Below are positions 9,927-24,900 of a stretch of 64,000 nucleotides of DNA, in pieces (position 1 is the stretch's first letter; every line of letters starts with the position of its first letter). Below the pieces are notes generated by a model, which saw only the letters and a program-made list of their open reading frames with translations, did no database searches and was not told the origin of the DNA. Source of the DNA: Ophelia neglecta (lineage: Eukaryota); NCBI GenBank assembly GCA_965285935.1, contig OZ260664.1:81902001-81966000 (forward strand), written 5' to 3'. The position numbers were made by a program, and so were the translations under genes.

Positions 9927-12900
9927 GTAACTCAAAAGATATCATATATCATATAGAGGGGGCGAAAGGAGCAGGGATAAAGCTATAAATTATAATTGAT
10001 GAGTTCAAAACTCATTACTAGAGGAAAGTATGGGCTCTTTACCGATTTCATGGGCTTTCAAGCTGTTCTGAAAAATATCAATTTTCCAAAATTAAATTAA
10101 GAGTAAAATATTGAAAGAACATACATTTTTTTAATCAATTTGAGATAGGGTAAGCACTCAATTATTCAATGGCCCATTCCTCTTTGACTATCTCTTTAGT
10201 TTTTTGCATGTGAGCAAATTACTCTCTCCTTGATGTTTAAGCCATAGGTACTTTCTTGGCTATTACAGGCTAGGAAAGTAAGCTTGCTAGGTTTTGAAAC
10301 TGATAAAAACTATCAAATATTTAGCCTAATCCAACTCCCCATTCTGGTTTGATCTAGAAGTTATTCATGATGCCAATGCAATGTTATCCATGTGATTACA
10401 TGTACTTTACTAATCAAAAGATAATCTCTCACAAATCTTCTCATTTGAAACAAGCTGCCATGCTTTATAAATTCATTGTGAATGTAAGCCATAATGTAAA
10501 ATTTTGTCAGTATTGGCCTATACCTTTACAATGTTTTGCCATCCGACTTTATTCAACATTATGTTTACCCACACCAATTATGTTCAACCTCTCAGAGAAA
10601 GATGTTGGAATAGATTGTGATGTCGACATTTTCAAGTTGTTGGATACCTTAAGTTTACTTTTGGCACTAAATTGTGGCCAATCATTTTTTCAGTCTGGTA
10701 AAAAATCTGCTATATCTGGTAAAGCTAAGATTGAGGCCTAGTCTTTGTTAAAGTTTCTTCAAAGCAGCGTATTACAAAAATAAAAAACTTTAGCCTATTT
10801 CCATTTCTTTATTCTTTGGAATATGGCTCGGTCTGACTTCTCTGATGGAAAAGTATTGTTGAAAAATATTCTAGTATATAAAAACGTATTCCTGGCAGGA
10901 TTCAAACCCAGGAAAAGAGTTTTCAAAGCCTTTGCTCTAAACCAATCAGCCATGGCGGAATGTACATACCGGTGGAAACAGTTGGCTAACTACGCTGTTG
11001 TGTTCACAATACGTAGGCTGCAGTGGCCACTGTGTACTGGAAATGACCATTGGCCATGTTGGCACTTTGATCACCATACTAGTGATCTTCTAAACCAATT
11101 ATCCTCTAAAAAAGTATCACCATATTACTGAATCATCTACTGTCCATCTGTAAAAGTGGTTTCAACACTTGTATGGTCATATCACCACGGTGTATACTTG
11201 TGACAGCGGGCTCAATGCCCTCTTTTAATCGCCACGGTGCCTACTTGTGACAGTGGGCTCAAAGCCCTCTTTATAGTGCTGCCTCACTGGAGTACCTGCC
11301 GTAGACACCAGACAGTGAACCCCATACTTACACTGGGTTGACCAGTCCTGATTCTACCCCGAAATATCTGGCTTGCTATATATAAGAGGTGCATGCACCT
11401 TGGATCCTTGTGTTTACTACTACTTGGGGGAAGTAGTCTTCTGCAAACATTGGACATGCATCCTGAAGTAGGTTGTTTTTTAAAGGGAATAATTGCAGAG
11501 CAATTTTTGGAATTCGATAGGAAATTAGAGCCCCAAATTCTGAATTTGGGGTTGTGAAGTGGCCCCCGCATTGAGATTAGGGCCCTTTTGCTTTGTAAGG
11601 TGGTGGGACAATTTCCGAATTTTTTTTGGGATGTGATATCCCTTGAACCATTCTGGGGATAATTTCATATCTGTATGGTTGTCTTCCATGGACATTTGCA
11701 ATGTGCTGAAAAGATTTTGGCCTGATCCAGAAAAACTATATGGCTGCCAAGGGCAGTCATTTACAATGTTGAAAAATGTCGTCTTGTTAAGGCCTTACGT
11801 TGCGAGATAGGCATATCAAATATCTTGAACACTAATTAATAGTAAATCATAAACAAGGAATCCAGTCATGACCTCCAATTTGACCTTGGGTCTTTTTCTC
11901 TAGGTCTCATTGTGGTTCAGCATATTTCATGGAGGTCTAAATAGCTAACAATGCAAGAAAGACATACTGGATTTATTGAAAACTAGGAAGTCCTATGCAA
12001 GGAATTCAATGCTGATCTTGTATTTGACCTCGGGTCTCATTTTGTAGATCAAATTGAAATTAAGGCTTTCTTTTGATAGTCTGGATCATCAGAGGTGCAA
12101 GATAGACATACAAATGTATTGACCACTAATAGGAACTCATAAAGTGTAGTGAATTAGCTTTTTTCTTTTTTAATATTCTTTAACAGAGAATAAAGAAAAT
12201 GAACACATTGCCCTCATTTTTATTCGTCTTACCTGCATGGTGCCTTATTTGCTATTTGCATTTATGGTCTGTGATCCCCTGTCTGCCCTTTAGATAGTTC
12301 AGTCACATTTGTACCTGGGCTCTTATACAGCTATTTAAATAGATACAAATGGTCTGGATGAACCTTAGGTGTAGGTGTGGTGTGGGAGTGTTATAAGAAG
12401 GGTGTTTAGCCTCTTTTTCTATTCCAGTGTATCTGCAGGTTTTTGTTTGGTAGTAGAAGAGAAGAATTTGCTGCTGCTGTTTCAATTGACCAGCATCAGG
12501 CCTGTAATCAACATGTACCAAGTTAAAAGAAGTGCACTTAGTTATCTTTGTGTGCCTGAAATATATCAGTTGAATTTCACCACGTTCACGGTCGATATTT
12601 TGGCAGAATTTACAATTGTTTTGGGGGAAATATGTTGTATACAGGTCTCAAGTTATACTTTGAAACATCATGATCAAACTCCTTTATTTCCACGGCGGTC
12701 TCTGTTAGTCTACCAGTTCATATTTCTTATTGATATTGCATAGAACTCCGCTATCTATCAGACAACAGTGCCATCCATGAAGCTGTGCAGCAGCCATTTT
12801 TCTCAACATCAGGATGAGAGAATGGTAGGGACACTTTCAGCTGGGCATGGGGATTCACCAATTGAACATTGGAACTTATTTTACTGGCATTTCTTCTTAC

Positions 12901-15900
12901 CTGTCAAAGTTACTGAAACAAAATACATAGGATGACTGCTGCGTGAACAAGCTTTGAAATATGTCATTTTCATTTTGGTTTGATATGCCTACATGGGTTT
13001 TTTATGAGAATCCCAGCCCTGCAAAATGACAAACCTAGCCTTGCTATTGATGTAGTCATATACAGAACTATCCCCTGCTAGATTAGGCCTAGTGATGTCG
13101 TCCTGACTGGCACTTGATTTGCATCTGGGTACTAGTAGTATTGTATTTAATATTGGGCTTATGTTGTTCATTGTTTGATAATGCAGGCATTAAACTTCTG
13201 ATACATGAATTCTGGAAATTGTTGATTTGTAATGTGAATTAATCTGTACACTGGCAGATGATTCCCAGTTGATGGTATTTACACTGTACACTGTACATGT
13301 ATGGATATTCAGCATGCAACTAGAACTACAGGGGTCCCTGTGATGTAAGGCCACCCCTATATCCAAAATAAGTGGCCCTACATTGCAGGTGTCCCTCCAT
13401 TGGAGGTACTTTAACATGGACAAGAATTTAAAAACTGTCCAGCCATCGCAGGTGGCCCGTCATCGGAGGGGCCCTACATAACAGGGACCACTAGTATTGA
13501 ATTATTGATTGTTAAGTTTATGATTATCTTATCTAATGATCATTGAACACATGTGGATACTAAGTATGGATATTAAAATAAAAATGTGGAACCTGTTGTG
13601 TAAGTGTCAGTAAAACCCAAAAAACAAATCCATCTGGATACAGAGAGCATCAGTCTTCCAGGACATATGTCTCTTGCTTGTCATTTCCATGTCCCCTCAG
13701 CATTCTCCAATAAACTAATTATAAACAACATTTTTGATACACTTTATTACTTGGATGGCTATTAAAATTAATGCAAAATTGAAGTACATTAATTTGCCTG
13801 CCACCTGTTTCATAGATAAAACAACTTACTCTCCACCATTTAGTAGTATGCTGCTGAAAGATATGGATCTAACCAAGCTCAACACTCCAGGTGTTGATTA
13901 GCACACATGGTGCCTTCATGCCTGGAATTTTTAACAGTATTTTTTTTCAAGTCCCTGATGTTAGAAACAAAGCTTTTGTATGTGGTGTGGCAAGATATAG
14001 TGGCTGCCCAATGAAAATGAATTTTTTTATTTAATTTGTCACATTGGGTTATGCATTGAAATGATCATTAATTGTCTTTATCTGCTATCAGATATGGACT
14101 CTCCCAGCCCATGTAGCCTATGAACAGCCTCTAATGTTTAAACTGTAATCACTATCATGTGTCCTAACTCTACTAGATATTACCGAAAGGGAAATGAGTC
14201 TTTTTTCTTCAAATTGAGCATCTCACAGATTCTGAGAATTCAAAATTTATTTGGCGACAATTTCAGTTTGAAAAAAGATCTGGATAAATACTTGCAATAT
14301 GTGTTCAGACAAAATTAAAGCTGTGCGACCTCAAGAAGTGCCGACAATACATGGACTGCAGATCAAGGCGCCTTGCACCTTGTTGAATTAACATCATGCC
14401 CAGAAATCACGGTACCCCAGATTGGAAAGCCTGTGCTGCATTTCTGTCCTTTAGTGTCATCAGATTTGACCTTGACCTATATTGTTAAGGTCAAAATAAG
14501 AGAAAAAGTTCTGCACAGTTTAGATGATTTAGATAGCTTTTAGAAAATGAAATTTTTTTACCCAATTTAAGCTTAGGTAGGTTTTACAAATGGATCCCAG
14601 TAGTCAATGATCGCTAGGATTGCCAGTTCTAAATAAATATATGATAACTGTTGTATGCGTATATTTTGGGATTCAACCAGAAAACTGATAACTGGAGTTT
14701 GCTTTGTTTTATGTAAAGGTTCATATAGCATATTAATAATCATCATGAATCAAAACCAAAGTACAATAATGAAATTGATTTTAAACTAACCTAGTAAGTT
14801 TTAATTTACTCTAGGATACCTAATATGCATTTTTAAATATTACTGGTGGTCAGTGGTAGGTATTTAGACATGTAGCCTCCTATTAGAAAAATTAATGTAA
14901 AAAATTAGTAAAGCTTCCCCCATGCACGCCAGTGAAGATGAACACTGAAAGCCTGCTGATTTAGACTAGTTTTAGGCCAATTACTTAAGCGTTGGAAAAA
15001 ATGAGACAAAGTTAGTTCTTCAGACGGTTAGAGGTCAACCAGTCGGAGAGGATTACCAGCCTATTAATATTTAAGGAGCAAGCCATTTCCAAATGGCTCA
15101 TATAAAATTTTCCTGGTAAAGGAATTAGATAACCTGACTTTTAATACAACTTCATGTGTCAAACATGAAAATCATGCAACTTACCTGTTTGGGTTCTCAG
15201 CCTTTCTGTGTGAAAGATACTGTCTTTTCCAGTGTTTACAATATCACATTTTAACTGATAGACAGTGTGGAAAAGATACCATTAGAAGGTGACATGCTCA
15301 CATCAGTACTGGCGTGCATTATTACATTTAATAACAGCACCAGTTGCTGTTGAATTTGGGTAGTTTCCAAAATCCTTGGCCAATTTCATTAAATTTGTAT
15401 TGCCCCATTGCTTCAAGAAAGCAATCCTCCTTGTGGGCCATATTAAGCCTAGTCTGCCGACAAGGATTTGAAGGAGATCTACGATTTTAGTGTCTCGTAT
15501 ATCTCGGGTTCCTTCAAGGAAGCCCCACTGATCAATATGTTGTGTTTTCTGAATGGCTAGGTCTGGATTCAAGCAGCTCTTCAGGGGTTTGGAGTGGGTT
15601 GGAAGTTTACATGGCTACCTGTGATAAGTCGATTAGTGCATTACTGTACCAGCATTATAGTACAAAGTCTGATCAATGCTGGATTGGGAATAAATTAAGA
15701 CACATGCACGGCAGAGTGGATAACAGATGGTGGGATCCTCCTTTATTCATGAAATAGATAGATTTGTGATAGAGCCTGTCTTACCCAGATGGTGCATGCT
15801 ATGTGAAACTCAATCAAATTGATTGTTTTTTTGTTTCTGTAAATGCTGTTAGTGTTTGGTCAATCAGGTAACTGGACTTCAGGCCTAGAGCAGGAATATC

Positions 15901-18900
15901 ACCGGCTTGTAACATGGTTCGTAAAAGAAACCAGCATTCTCCAGGCAAATCTAAGCAGCCTAAATCCAAGGAGATTACTGGCAATAGTCACATTGATGTT
16001 ATTGATGAGGTGAACGTTTATCTTCCGTGGCGGGAGATAGGACGATGTACATGGATACTGTTAGGGATTTTAGTGTGTATCAGTGTGGCCTACGGCCATG
16101 GCTGGTATATGAACAAACTACATGAAAATCGCTTGTGGTTTTCTAACATTAAGGTGAGGTTAGTTGTGACCTGGCTTTTCATTTCCCTGTGACTATATGA
16201 TTATACAGACTGATCATTGGTATTTGCCCTGTTCCCAGTGGCTCTATTGACATAGAGAGCAGCCCCTTGAAGTTTGCTCCTGTTAGTAGATTTCATCCAA
16301 ATAATTTTGTGCACTACTGGCCAGAAATAGGCATTGTAGTTTGATAAGTATCCTTTCGTGATCAAAGCATGAAATAAATAAGTGTATTGTTTCTTAAATG
16401 TTTTAATCCTTTATATAATTGTTCAAATGTCCAGGCCCTGCAGTATTGTGCCAATGGGACAGGCTAATCCCATATAGGAAGAGAAAATATAGGATGCATG
16501 CTTCAAGATGGCTTTGCATTATTATGACATTCTCATATTGACTAGGCCCCCTTTATACAATGATGCAAGCAATTAGGGCCTCCAATTTTTTTTCAGCTAT
16601 TAGATAGGGCATAATTTCCTTTGATTCCTCACATTGAGACTAACTTTTTAAGGTAGAATTCTGGTACTTTTTACTATGCAAATCTCAGCACTGTTGCTGG
16701 TCATAGTCTGAACATCAGACTACTCCTTCCACCACCACCCCCCCCCCCCCCCCGTCCCCCCACCCCCAGCCCGCCCCTTCCCTGTCCTGCACTCCATCAG
16801 ATAAAGAAAGGGCAGCAGTTTGAGGTTTCCATTCAGAGTAACCCCAGTTTCCAACCCTAGGTATGTAGCACCCTACCCTAATTGGATGCACCCTCCCCCC
16901 CCCCCCATATAATAATTATGGTGTTGGTAGTATGTTTCAATTTGATGCATATACACGAATGTGAATTTATTATATTGAATGTATAGGTCATGACCTATCT
17001 GTTAAAAAAATACTTAAATATTTTCATGGTTTTTCTTAAAAGTAGAGAAAGCCATTGGCCTTGATGACCTGCATACTGTAAACCAGGAAATTTTCGCGAG
17101 CAGGAAATTTTCGCGAGTTTCGCGAATAGCAGACACCCGCGAAAATTACCTGCTCGCGAAAATTCCGTGTCTAAATACTACTAGTTAAATCAGTTGCAAC
17201 GCATGACATACTTCACTTTCAATTTCAGAAGCGCGAAGTTTTCCTGGCGCGAAAATATCCTGTGGGGATTCCTGCGAAATTTTCCTGTCGCGAAATTTTC
17301 CTGGTTTACAGTATTAAATTAACTCAAGCTTGTGATTGTTGTTTGATTCTGACAATTATCAACCACATAACATGTACTCTCTGGCAAACCGTCTAATATA
17401 ACTACACTGTCTGTCTAACACAGTTAAGATGTTTAAAGGTTTGTTTTATTGATTTCAGGAGGTGGAGCGTGAGATTTCTTTTCGTACAGAATCAGGCTTA
17501 TATTACTCCTATTACAAGCAGATGGTAAACGCTCTGTCTATATCTGAAGGTAAGTTTATATTGTCACAACTAACATACCAGTCTGAAATCATGTGGCAAA
17601 TTTATACAGGTAGAAATAAATTATTACTGTAATTCCTCTAATTATTTAATAATTAATACACACTAGTTTCTCTAATTGTTTTAATTCATACACTCTTGTT
17701 TCCCTAATTTTTTTAAACATCTTATTATTGGTATAACTATGTGGAATCCTATTGTGGTGCCTGAAAATTGGCATTCTAAATGATAATGTTGGCTCTGCCT
17801 CTAATTATTCATTTTACAGGAATTATGATAATTTAGGTGTCTTAAATGTCGGGGGAATTACATTATTACATACATATCAAAAAGATAAAGGAAAGACTTA
17901 AAAAATATATAAATGTATACTTTAATAACACCTAGTGTTGTTAATGTAAATAATAGACTACATGATAACTATTAGTCAAGAATCTTGACAGCTAGACTTT
18001 TCCTCATTTACTAAAAGCAGTAGATTATTGATCTTTTTGTATCTGTGGTATTTTTAAGAGCCTGTTTCTACCTTATCTTTATGCACAATTGGGAATATTT
18101 GAAAATGTCCTGGTTTATATTAAAGTAACATGATTTGGTGCTAGATTTTGATGAGAGACAACATGTGTTTGATGTTTAGTAAATTTGGTTTACACATACC
18201 CCGGTAGGTCTCAATCAGCTGATGTATGACAACCTCACTGAGTACAGATCTACGATCAATGTTCTGGCTCGTATGAATGTCTACCAGGAGGTATTTCTGG
18301 CCATCATCTACAGAACTTTTCCTATTTTACAGGTAAAAATAATAATAATTCATGCTGTATTTTGTATAGCCTTATTGTTTAGAATTTCAAACATTCTGTG
18401 CAATGAGAAGTACCTGAACTTTTGATGTATTCTTAAACAAGTTGACGGGAGTTATAGATTGCCTGAATGAGCTGCTTCTCTGAATACATCATCTTTTCCA
18501 TCACTTAAGTCTGCACTTGACCATATTGTAATACAAGAAGGCTTTTTTCATGCTCCATATCTGGCATATTTTGTCTTTTTGACAGATTCTTATGGCCACA
18601 TGCCACACTGTTTTGATCACTGTATTATATGTTAAGTGTAAGACCACCTCCATAGTCAGGGCATAAAATTTGCATGTCCCTTGGATGGTCACAATTCACA
18701 GGTTTCACTTTTATTCAAAATATCCCCAAAATTGGACACAGTGCAAAATTAGTGTTAAGAATATAAACGCCCTCATCATTCCCTAACACCCGGAACTGTG
18801 TGTTTGATATATGATAATTTTGGGAACTACATTTTTGACCCCTCCTCCCCTACCCAACCCACCTAGCCATCCCTAAGGTTCATAATATATTTGGGAAGTG

Positions 18901-21900
18901 TTGTGGCTTATGCCTAATAATGTGTGTACATGTTCACATGTGTCAGAGTTGCTATTCTGTGTCTCAAACAGACATCTCAGTTTAAATCAAATTCCCTAGC
19001 CCCACAACAAAACATTGTGTCACTCTCCCTGTGACTTCCAATATAAACAAAGTTCTTGAAAACACTATAAATGTACTCACTATATATAATACACTGTGCA
19101 ATTATTAGATCTGATTCAGTATGCTGCATGACTTTGTTTGAAAATTTTTGATCCCCTCCCCTAGTCCCACCCAAGTGCAGGGATTTTCCTGGGTGAAAAA
19201 CCAATGGGACAATTGTCCCCATTGGGGTAAGAACAATGGGACATTTTGGAGAACAATGGGACATTTGGATCATGTACTTTCATCAAATTTAAAAATAATG
19301 AAGCAAGATTAGTCATTGCCTTACTACAACGTTTTGGGCGATAAAAGGGTAGATTCACGACCACGAGGTTACGGGCGGATCCGATCCTGACCGGCGAATC
19401 CCGAAGTAGGCGTTTACACGGCTTCCGATATTGCAAAGAGTGAAACATATATACGGCTGCGTTCGAGAGCTCATGCATGCGTTGCTACACTCGAACTAAC
19501 GTAACACGATGTTTACAGTGTATTGTGCCGTAAAATTTGTGCAGATCTTTCAACAAGACGCAATGCCTTAAATCGGATGCGTCAGAAATAAAACAAAGGG
19601 CCAAACTGGCGCAAGTATGAATGGGTTAATGCGTCACTTGAGAAATCATTGCGTCAGAGACGCCAAAACGCAGCCTCGGCAAATCCCTGCAAGTGGCTCA
19701 AAATATCACCCCAAAAGCTTGACCTCAGGACCTGTGCATGCATTACCTTTCCTATGGTATGCTGGATGGCCATGTTGGGAAAAACAGAAATTTTAACACC
19801 CTCCCCCCCCCCCTCCCCCCCCCTCTGGCAGCATACAGACAATCTCAATTATATACCAAAACAGGAGCCACATTAGCTTCCCCCAGTGGCATGGCAGTGT
19901 GGGACAAGGTTAGATAAGGTCGAGGGACAGCACATATACTGGTTGTTAAGCTCCATGGCCCCTTAATTTTTTCTTGTCCACCTCTTTGGATTTTTTTTCA
20001 GTATAAGTTAACTGATAATGCATCATGGAACAGTAACATTTGAAATTATAGTTTTTATTATGGCAAAAAGGTCAAATTAACAAAAAAAAAATGGAAGTAA
20101 CTAAGCAAAGCCTTGACACACAGAAACTATTCAGCCTTTTTGATGTGTTCATCATTCCATTCCTTTTACTGTGGAGGCATATTATGGACACTATAGTTTC
20201 ATTTAGACTTTGTCCTGAGTGGACTGTCAGACAGACATGTTTACTATCCTTTTCCATAGGTTGGGGGAGGGGGGGGGGGCATGAATTTCTAAACTACTTG
20301 TTAAAAATTGCAGCCATGGCTCAATTAGTAACAAAATTAAATGTTATTTTAATTAAAAGTATATAATTTATACATAATCTATATTATTAACTTCTTCCAG
20401 AGCAATTTTGAGCCAGTGTACTTCTACATAGATGTTATATTTGGTCTCCACGGGCTGTTGGTGTGTGCCATCTACCTAACCTCCTGGCTCCTCAGCGGGA
20501 CCTGGGTGGCCGGGCTGCTCACTGCTCTACTCTACATCTTCAACAAGTAAGTTCAGGGATACTAATCACTGCTGAGACAAACGCCCAGGGACAGACGGCT
20601 TTTTCTGAATAAATGCACTGCCTCAGCTTTTGGTTGTTTATGACAAATCAGTCATTGGGACTTGTTCCTTAACAATGGAGAGAATGACTGCACTCTTTTT
20701 GATGCTACCTGTAGACAGCTGGGGCATAATTCCCCCCCCCCCCCCCCCGAAAACATTACGCTAAGCACCTTTCAATTAATATAGTGTGGGATTTTTCAAT
20801 GCCTCTAATTTTCTTGTTCATTTTACAAACAATTTTATGGCAATTCAGGGACAGGGAGGTGTGCCATATACATATATATCAAGTCTACTGGTATATACAT
20901 ACAATGAGTATCTGCTCAAGGCTTTCAGTATCACAAACCTAGGCCCTGGGGCCTATCTCATGCCGGAGCAGCCACATCTAGCACATCAGCGAGCCTTACA
21001 CAATCAGTTGGCAGGGGGAGGGGGGGTGGGGGGGGGGAAGCTACCACCTTTCCAAAGGATGACTACTGAAACTGGTATTGAACCCGAGTCACCAGGGTGT
21101 GAGCTCAACTTGTTAGCACTGTACCATGTCTCCCCCAATATGGGATTTATGTGGTGTACAAGGGGAGGTGAGGGTCCTCCAGTTGTCTAGGTAAACCTGT
21201 GTTATCATATGGGTTATCTGCCAATGTGGTTAATGTGTCATATGTAATCACGCTGATTCGTTATGATAATGTATAATTTATTGTAGAGATGATACATTAA
21301 AAAGGTTGTTTCCTCTTTTAACCAAACAAGTTGATATATCAGTACATGGCTTAAATGTAGTGTTTCATAATGTTAGCTACAAGTGTGAATAGAATAGAGA
21401 AACGGACAATATAATTATGTTTAAGATACCAGCACAAATTTAGTTTTAACAAGTATTAGCTTTAATCTTTCGTACTGGATGCAAATTATTTTCCCAATTG
21501 TGTACATATTTCTAATTTCTTTTTGCTAAAACCATATAATCACACAACAAATCAATTACATATTGTGTGTGGCTAGGCGAGTACTGGCGACACAGTTTTA
21601 TTAAAGCGGAATAGGGCTAACAGCTTTCTCTCAGCCTCTTGTTCTATGCATACGTTAGTCGATGTGTGTGTATTTATAAGAGCCGACGTGGGCTGCCTAA
21701 ACCTGTGAAAAAAAACCTTGATCAAGGTTGGAAAAATGCCAAAGTTTGACCAGGTCCCCTTGAAATTGGTCCGTATTTCCTGGATTTTTTAAAACTCCAA
21801 TCTCTCAATGTATTGGTATTGGTATTCCCCCACAATCCATTTCAGAAAAATTATTTATTCTCCGATTTATCTCTCAAAGAAGAATATATACATTTCTCAA

Positions 21901-24900
21901 TGTACAAACATTAGTATGTAAACAATTACATGTAAATTAGTATCCCTAGACTTACTCACAAATTGTAGGCCTGTGTCTGAATTCACATTATGTTGATAAT
22001 ATGGAATTTTGATTAAGTAAAAGAAGGAGAAGAATATGTGTGTTATTCATGATTGTTTTAGCTTTCTTTCTCCATAACTGAAGAACAAGCCAAACAACTT
22101 CCTTAGTACAAACAACACAATGTGGAAAGTAACCAGCAGTGCTGCTGAATACACCAGTAGTATGTCTAACATCAGATATTGCCACCAGGGCATGTCCAGC
22201 GCATGAGCTCTCAGGTAGTCTCCACCATGTTTGATCACATGATCTACCCAATAGACCAATCGTTTGGCAGGAGCCTGGGGTTGATTTCTATACACGTTTG
22301 AAGCTGCCATAATAGAATTTTTAAAACTTCCATTGTTGATCACAAAATTAATGTTATTCAGCAAATCCTGAGGCTCAAACTCCAAGATGTTAACAGTCAG
22401 GGAAAATCCTCGATCCTTGGCTCGACCTGCATTAAAGTGTTGGTCCCCAAACATTGGAAATGATATCATAGGAACTCCGTTGTAGAGAGCTTCAAACTGG
22501 CTGTTCATGCCAGCATGCGTTATAAATAGTTTAATGCGTGGATCTCCCAGTAAGTCTGCCTGAGGTATCCAATCCATCAGCTTGATGTGAGATGGCACAT
22601 TCTCTGGAATAGAGGACAGTGGACATTTCCAAATCACTCCATATTTGACCTGCGCAATTGCTTTGAGTAATTGGTCAAAGTATTTTTTTGGTGTCATGCT
22701 TGAACCTCCAAAGGAGATTAGGATGGTCCCCTCTGGGTGCATTTTAAGAAAATCGTCCATTTCCTTTGACACAGGTTTGGCCGATTTCACCTTGTGACCA
22801 CCGATGTAAAATTCATTTGGCATCCGAGGGCTTGGATAGTCAAGGACAACATCATTTGCTAAGAGCCAGATGATATTTTCTCCTGCAATGGTTGATATAG
22901 ATTTAAAAGGTTTCTCAGGCACATATTTTGTGACCAGTGCATCATCAGCGTTGTAGACCCAGGTCAATGCATTAAAATCAATCATGTCCCACAAGTTTGT
23001 TAGGCGTTGGAGAAACGTCATCCCTGCTGATATATCGTGATTATTAGTCATCATATATGGTACAAATGATGGCAATGAAGGATTTCGAGCCAGCCATGGG
23101 TTGTAGGCAGCACTGTATCCGATGTGTCTCAGGCCAAGCTTGTGTGGAAGGATGTAGTAACACGCCGTGTGGGGGATTGTATCCACAATGACTAAATCAA
23201 TATCTAGTGAGCGAATATCCTCAAGTAACTGCTGGTCATTCAACAAGTTGTCACAGAATATATCATTGCCTTGTTGCATCTCAGGACTTTTATTAAAAGT
23301 TTTGAATGGAGTTTTCACTATTATTTCAAATATTTCCTCTGCTGTTAGCTGTGTAAGCTGGTACATATCTGGTTTTGAGGCTTTAAAAGTCAAGACATTG
23401 GTCTTAGGATTCTTTTGCCGAAGCTCTTCTAAGCCGGGGAATGTTTCAGTCACCACTATGAACGTTTCATGTCCTTTTGCTGCTGTGATTTCCCCAGCCA
23501 TAGCCATCATCTCATCAACATGGCTGCCCCATTGAAAAGGCAGCAGCAAAATCTTTTCTCCTGCTACAAAACTAAAACATGCATAAAGTAAAACAAATCC
23601 TGCCAAATTAAACATTGTCCCAGCATGTATAGTCCTACGGAGTTTCCTTTTAAGTGGTTGGGACCAAATAGTCAGCTACAATGCAACCTCTATTTCCTTA
23701 ACTTCAACCAGATTGGAACTTTAACCAGGTTGGTGTTTATTAACTAGGCTAGGACTGACCTAGTAGTGATCAGTAGTGTAAACAATCAAGTTCACTTACA
23801 CAGGGGAGTATACTGGGTATGTCCTCACTGTTGGTAGTTTGTTGAATAGCCCATTTCTTTTGGTGGAGGGGGGGGGGGGGGTCGCTGGGGGTGTGGAGGG
23901 AGCACCTTTTTGGCAATCTTGCTTTCTTTCTTACGATGTCTTGTCAAAATAAGGCTATGGCCACAGACCAGACACCTTTTCTATAACCCCCCTCTCCCCC
24001 CCCCCTTCTACTTTACATTCATCCAGGCCATTTCTTTGTTGTGTACCTACATGTATGTTAGAGTCTATATTTGAAGCCAATGACTCTATTACCAGTTATA
24101 TTAACCAAGTATGCTATAGTGCATATTTTCCGTTTAAAAATATTGCCACCTCTTCTAGCTGTGCTGCAATAGGTCATGCATGGTTGAGTTAGTTCAACAT
24201 AAGATAATTTCAGTTGTAGGTATATTATGCTCCCAGCAGTGCTTTTTATACAAGCTACATAAGGTGCAGAGTACTGCAGCCAACCCAGTAACCGGGGCTC
24301 TGTTCTAAGCACATATAACCCCATGTCTAGAAAGGCTTCACTGTTTGCCTGTAAAATTAAGAATTTGTTATAATATTTTTGTAATAGATCAAAATTGCTC
24401 GAATTGTTCCAAAATTTCAGTCACTCTCTACTTCTCAATCTAAATTTGAAATGCATTATAGTAAAAAAGCATTTGACAGATAATTATCATTTTTTCTTAT
24501 ATGGTATAGTATTTATAATAAACCTCGGAGTGTAGTTTTCATAAGATAATAATAGTTCTCTTACACTGGAACAACCAAACCAAAGGACTCGCTACTGGCC
24601 TGAACGGGATTTGCTAACTCCATTATAGCGCGACACTTACGCCCCTAGCGAGCTATCGCGAAACTAATAGAATCTTTTTTAGATCCATATCACACAAAGT
24701 CCAGCTTTGTTTGCAGCACAATATCCATGAAAGTGTTTGAAAGTGTATGAAAAAGTGAAAAGTGATTAAGTCAGTCAACATTTTTTCAATATCTGGAATT
24801 GCATTAGGAGTAGAGACTATGTGTTACTCACATGGCTGGCCAGCCTACCAAAGCCACCTAAATAGCATGTTAATCACACCTAGACAGAATAAACACTGCA

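Noticed and set aside
10891-10958. Functional tRNA gene
   Set aside because: A and B boxes are present but the stems do not form a cloverleaf. Kept only as a SINE-like relic.
9648-16153. Exons 1A and 1B as consecutive exons, or as two separate genes
   Set aside because: No in-frame acceptor joins them, and both encode the same homologous segment. No second set of downstream DPY19 exons was found between them.
23167-23535. 122-aa + strand ORF
   Set aside because: Antisense shadow of the UGT coding sequence, with no independent features.
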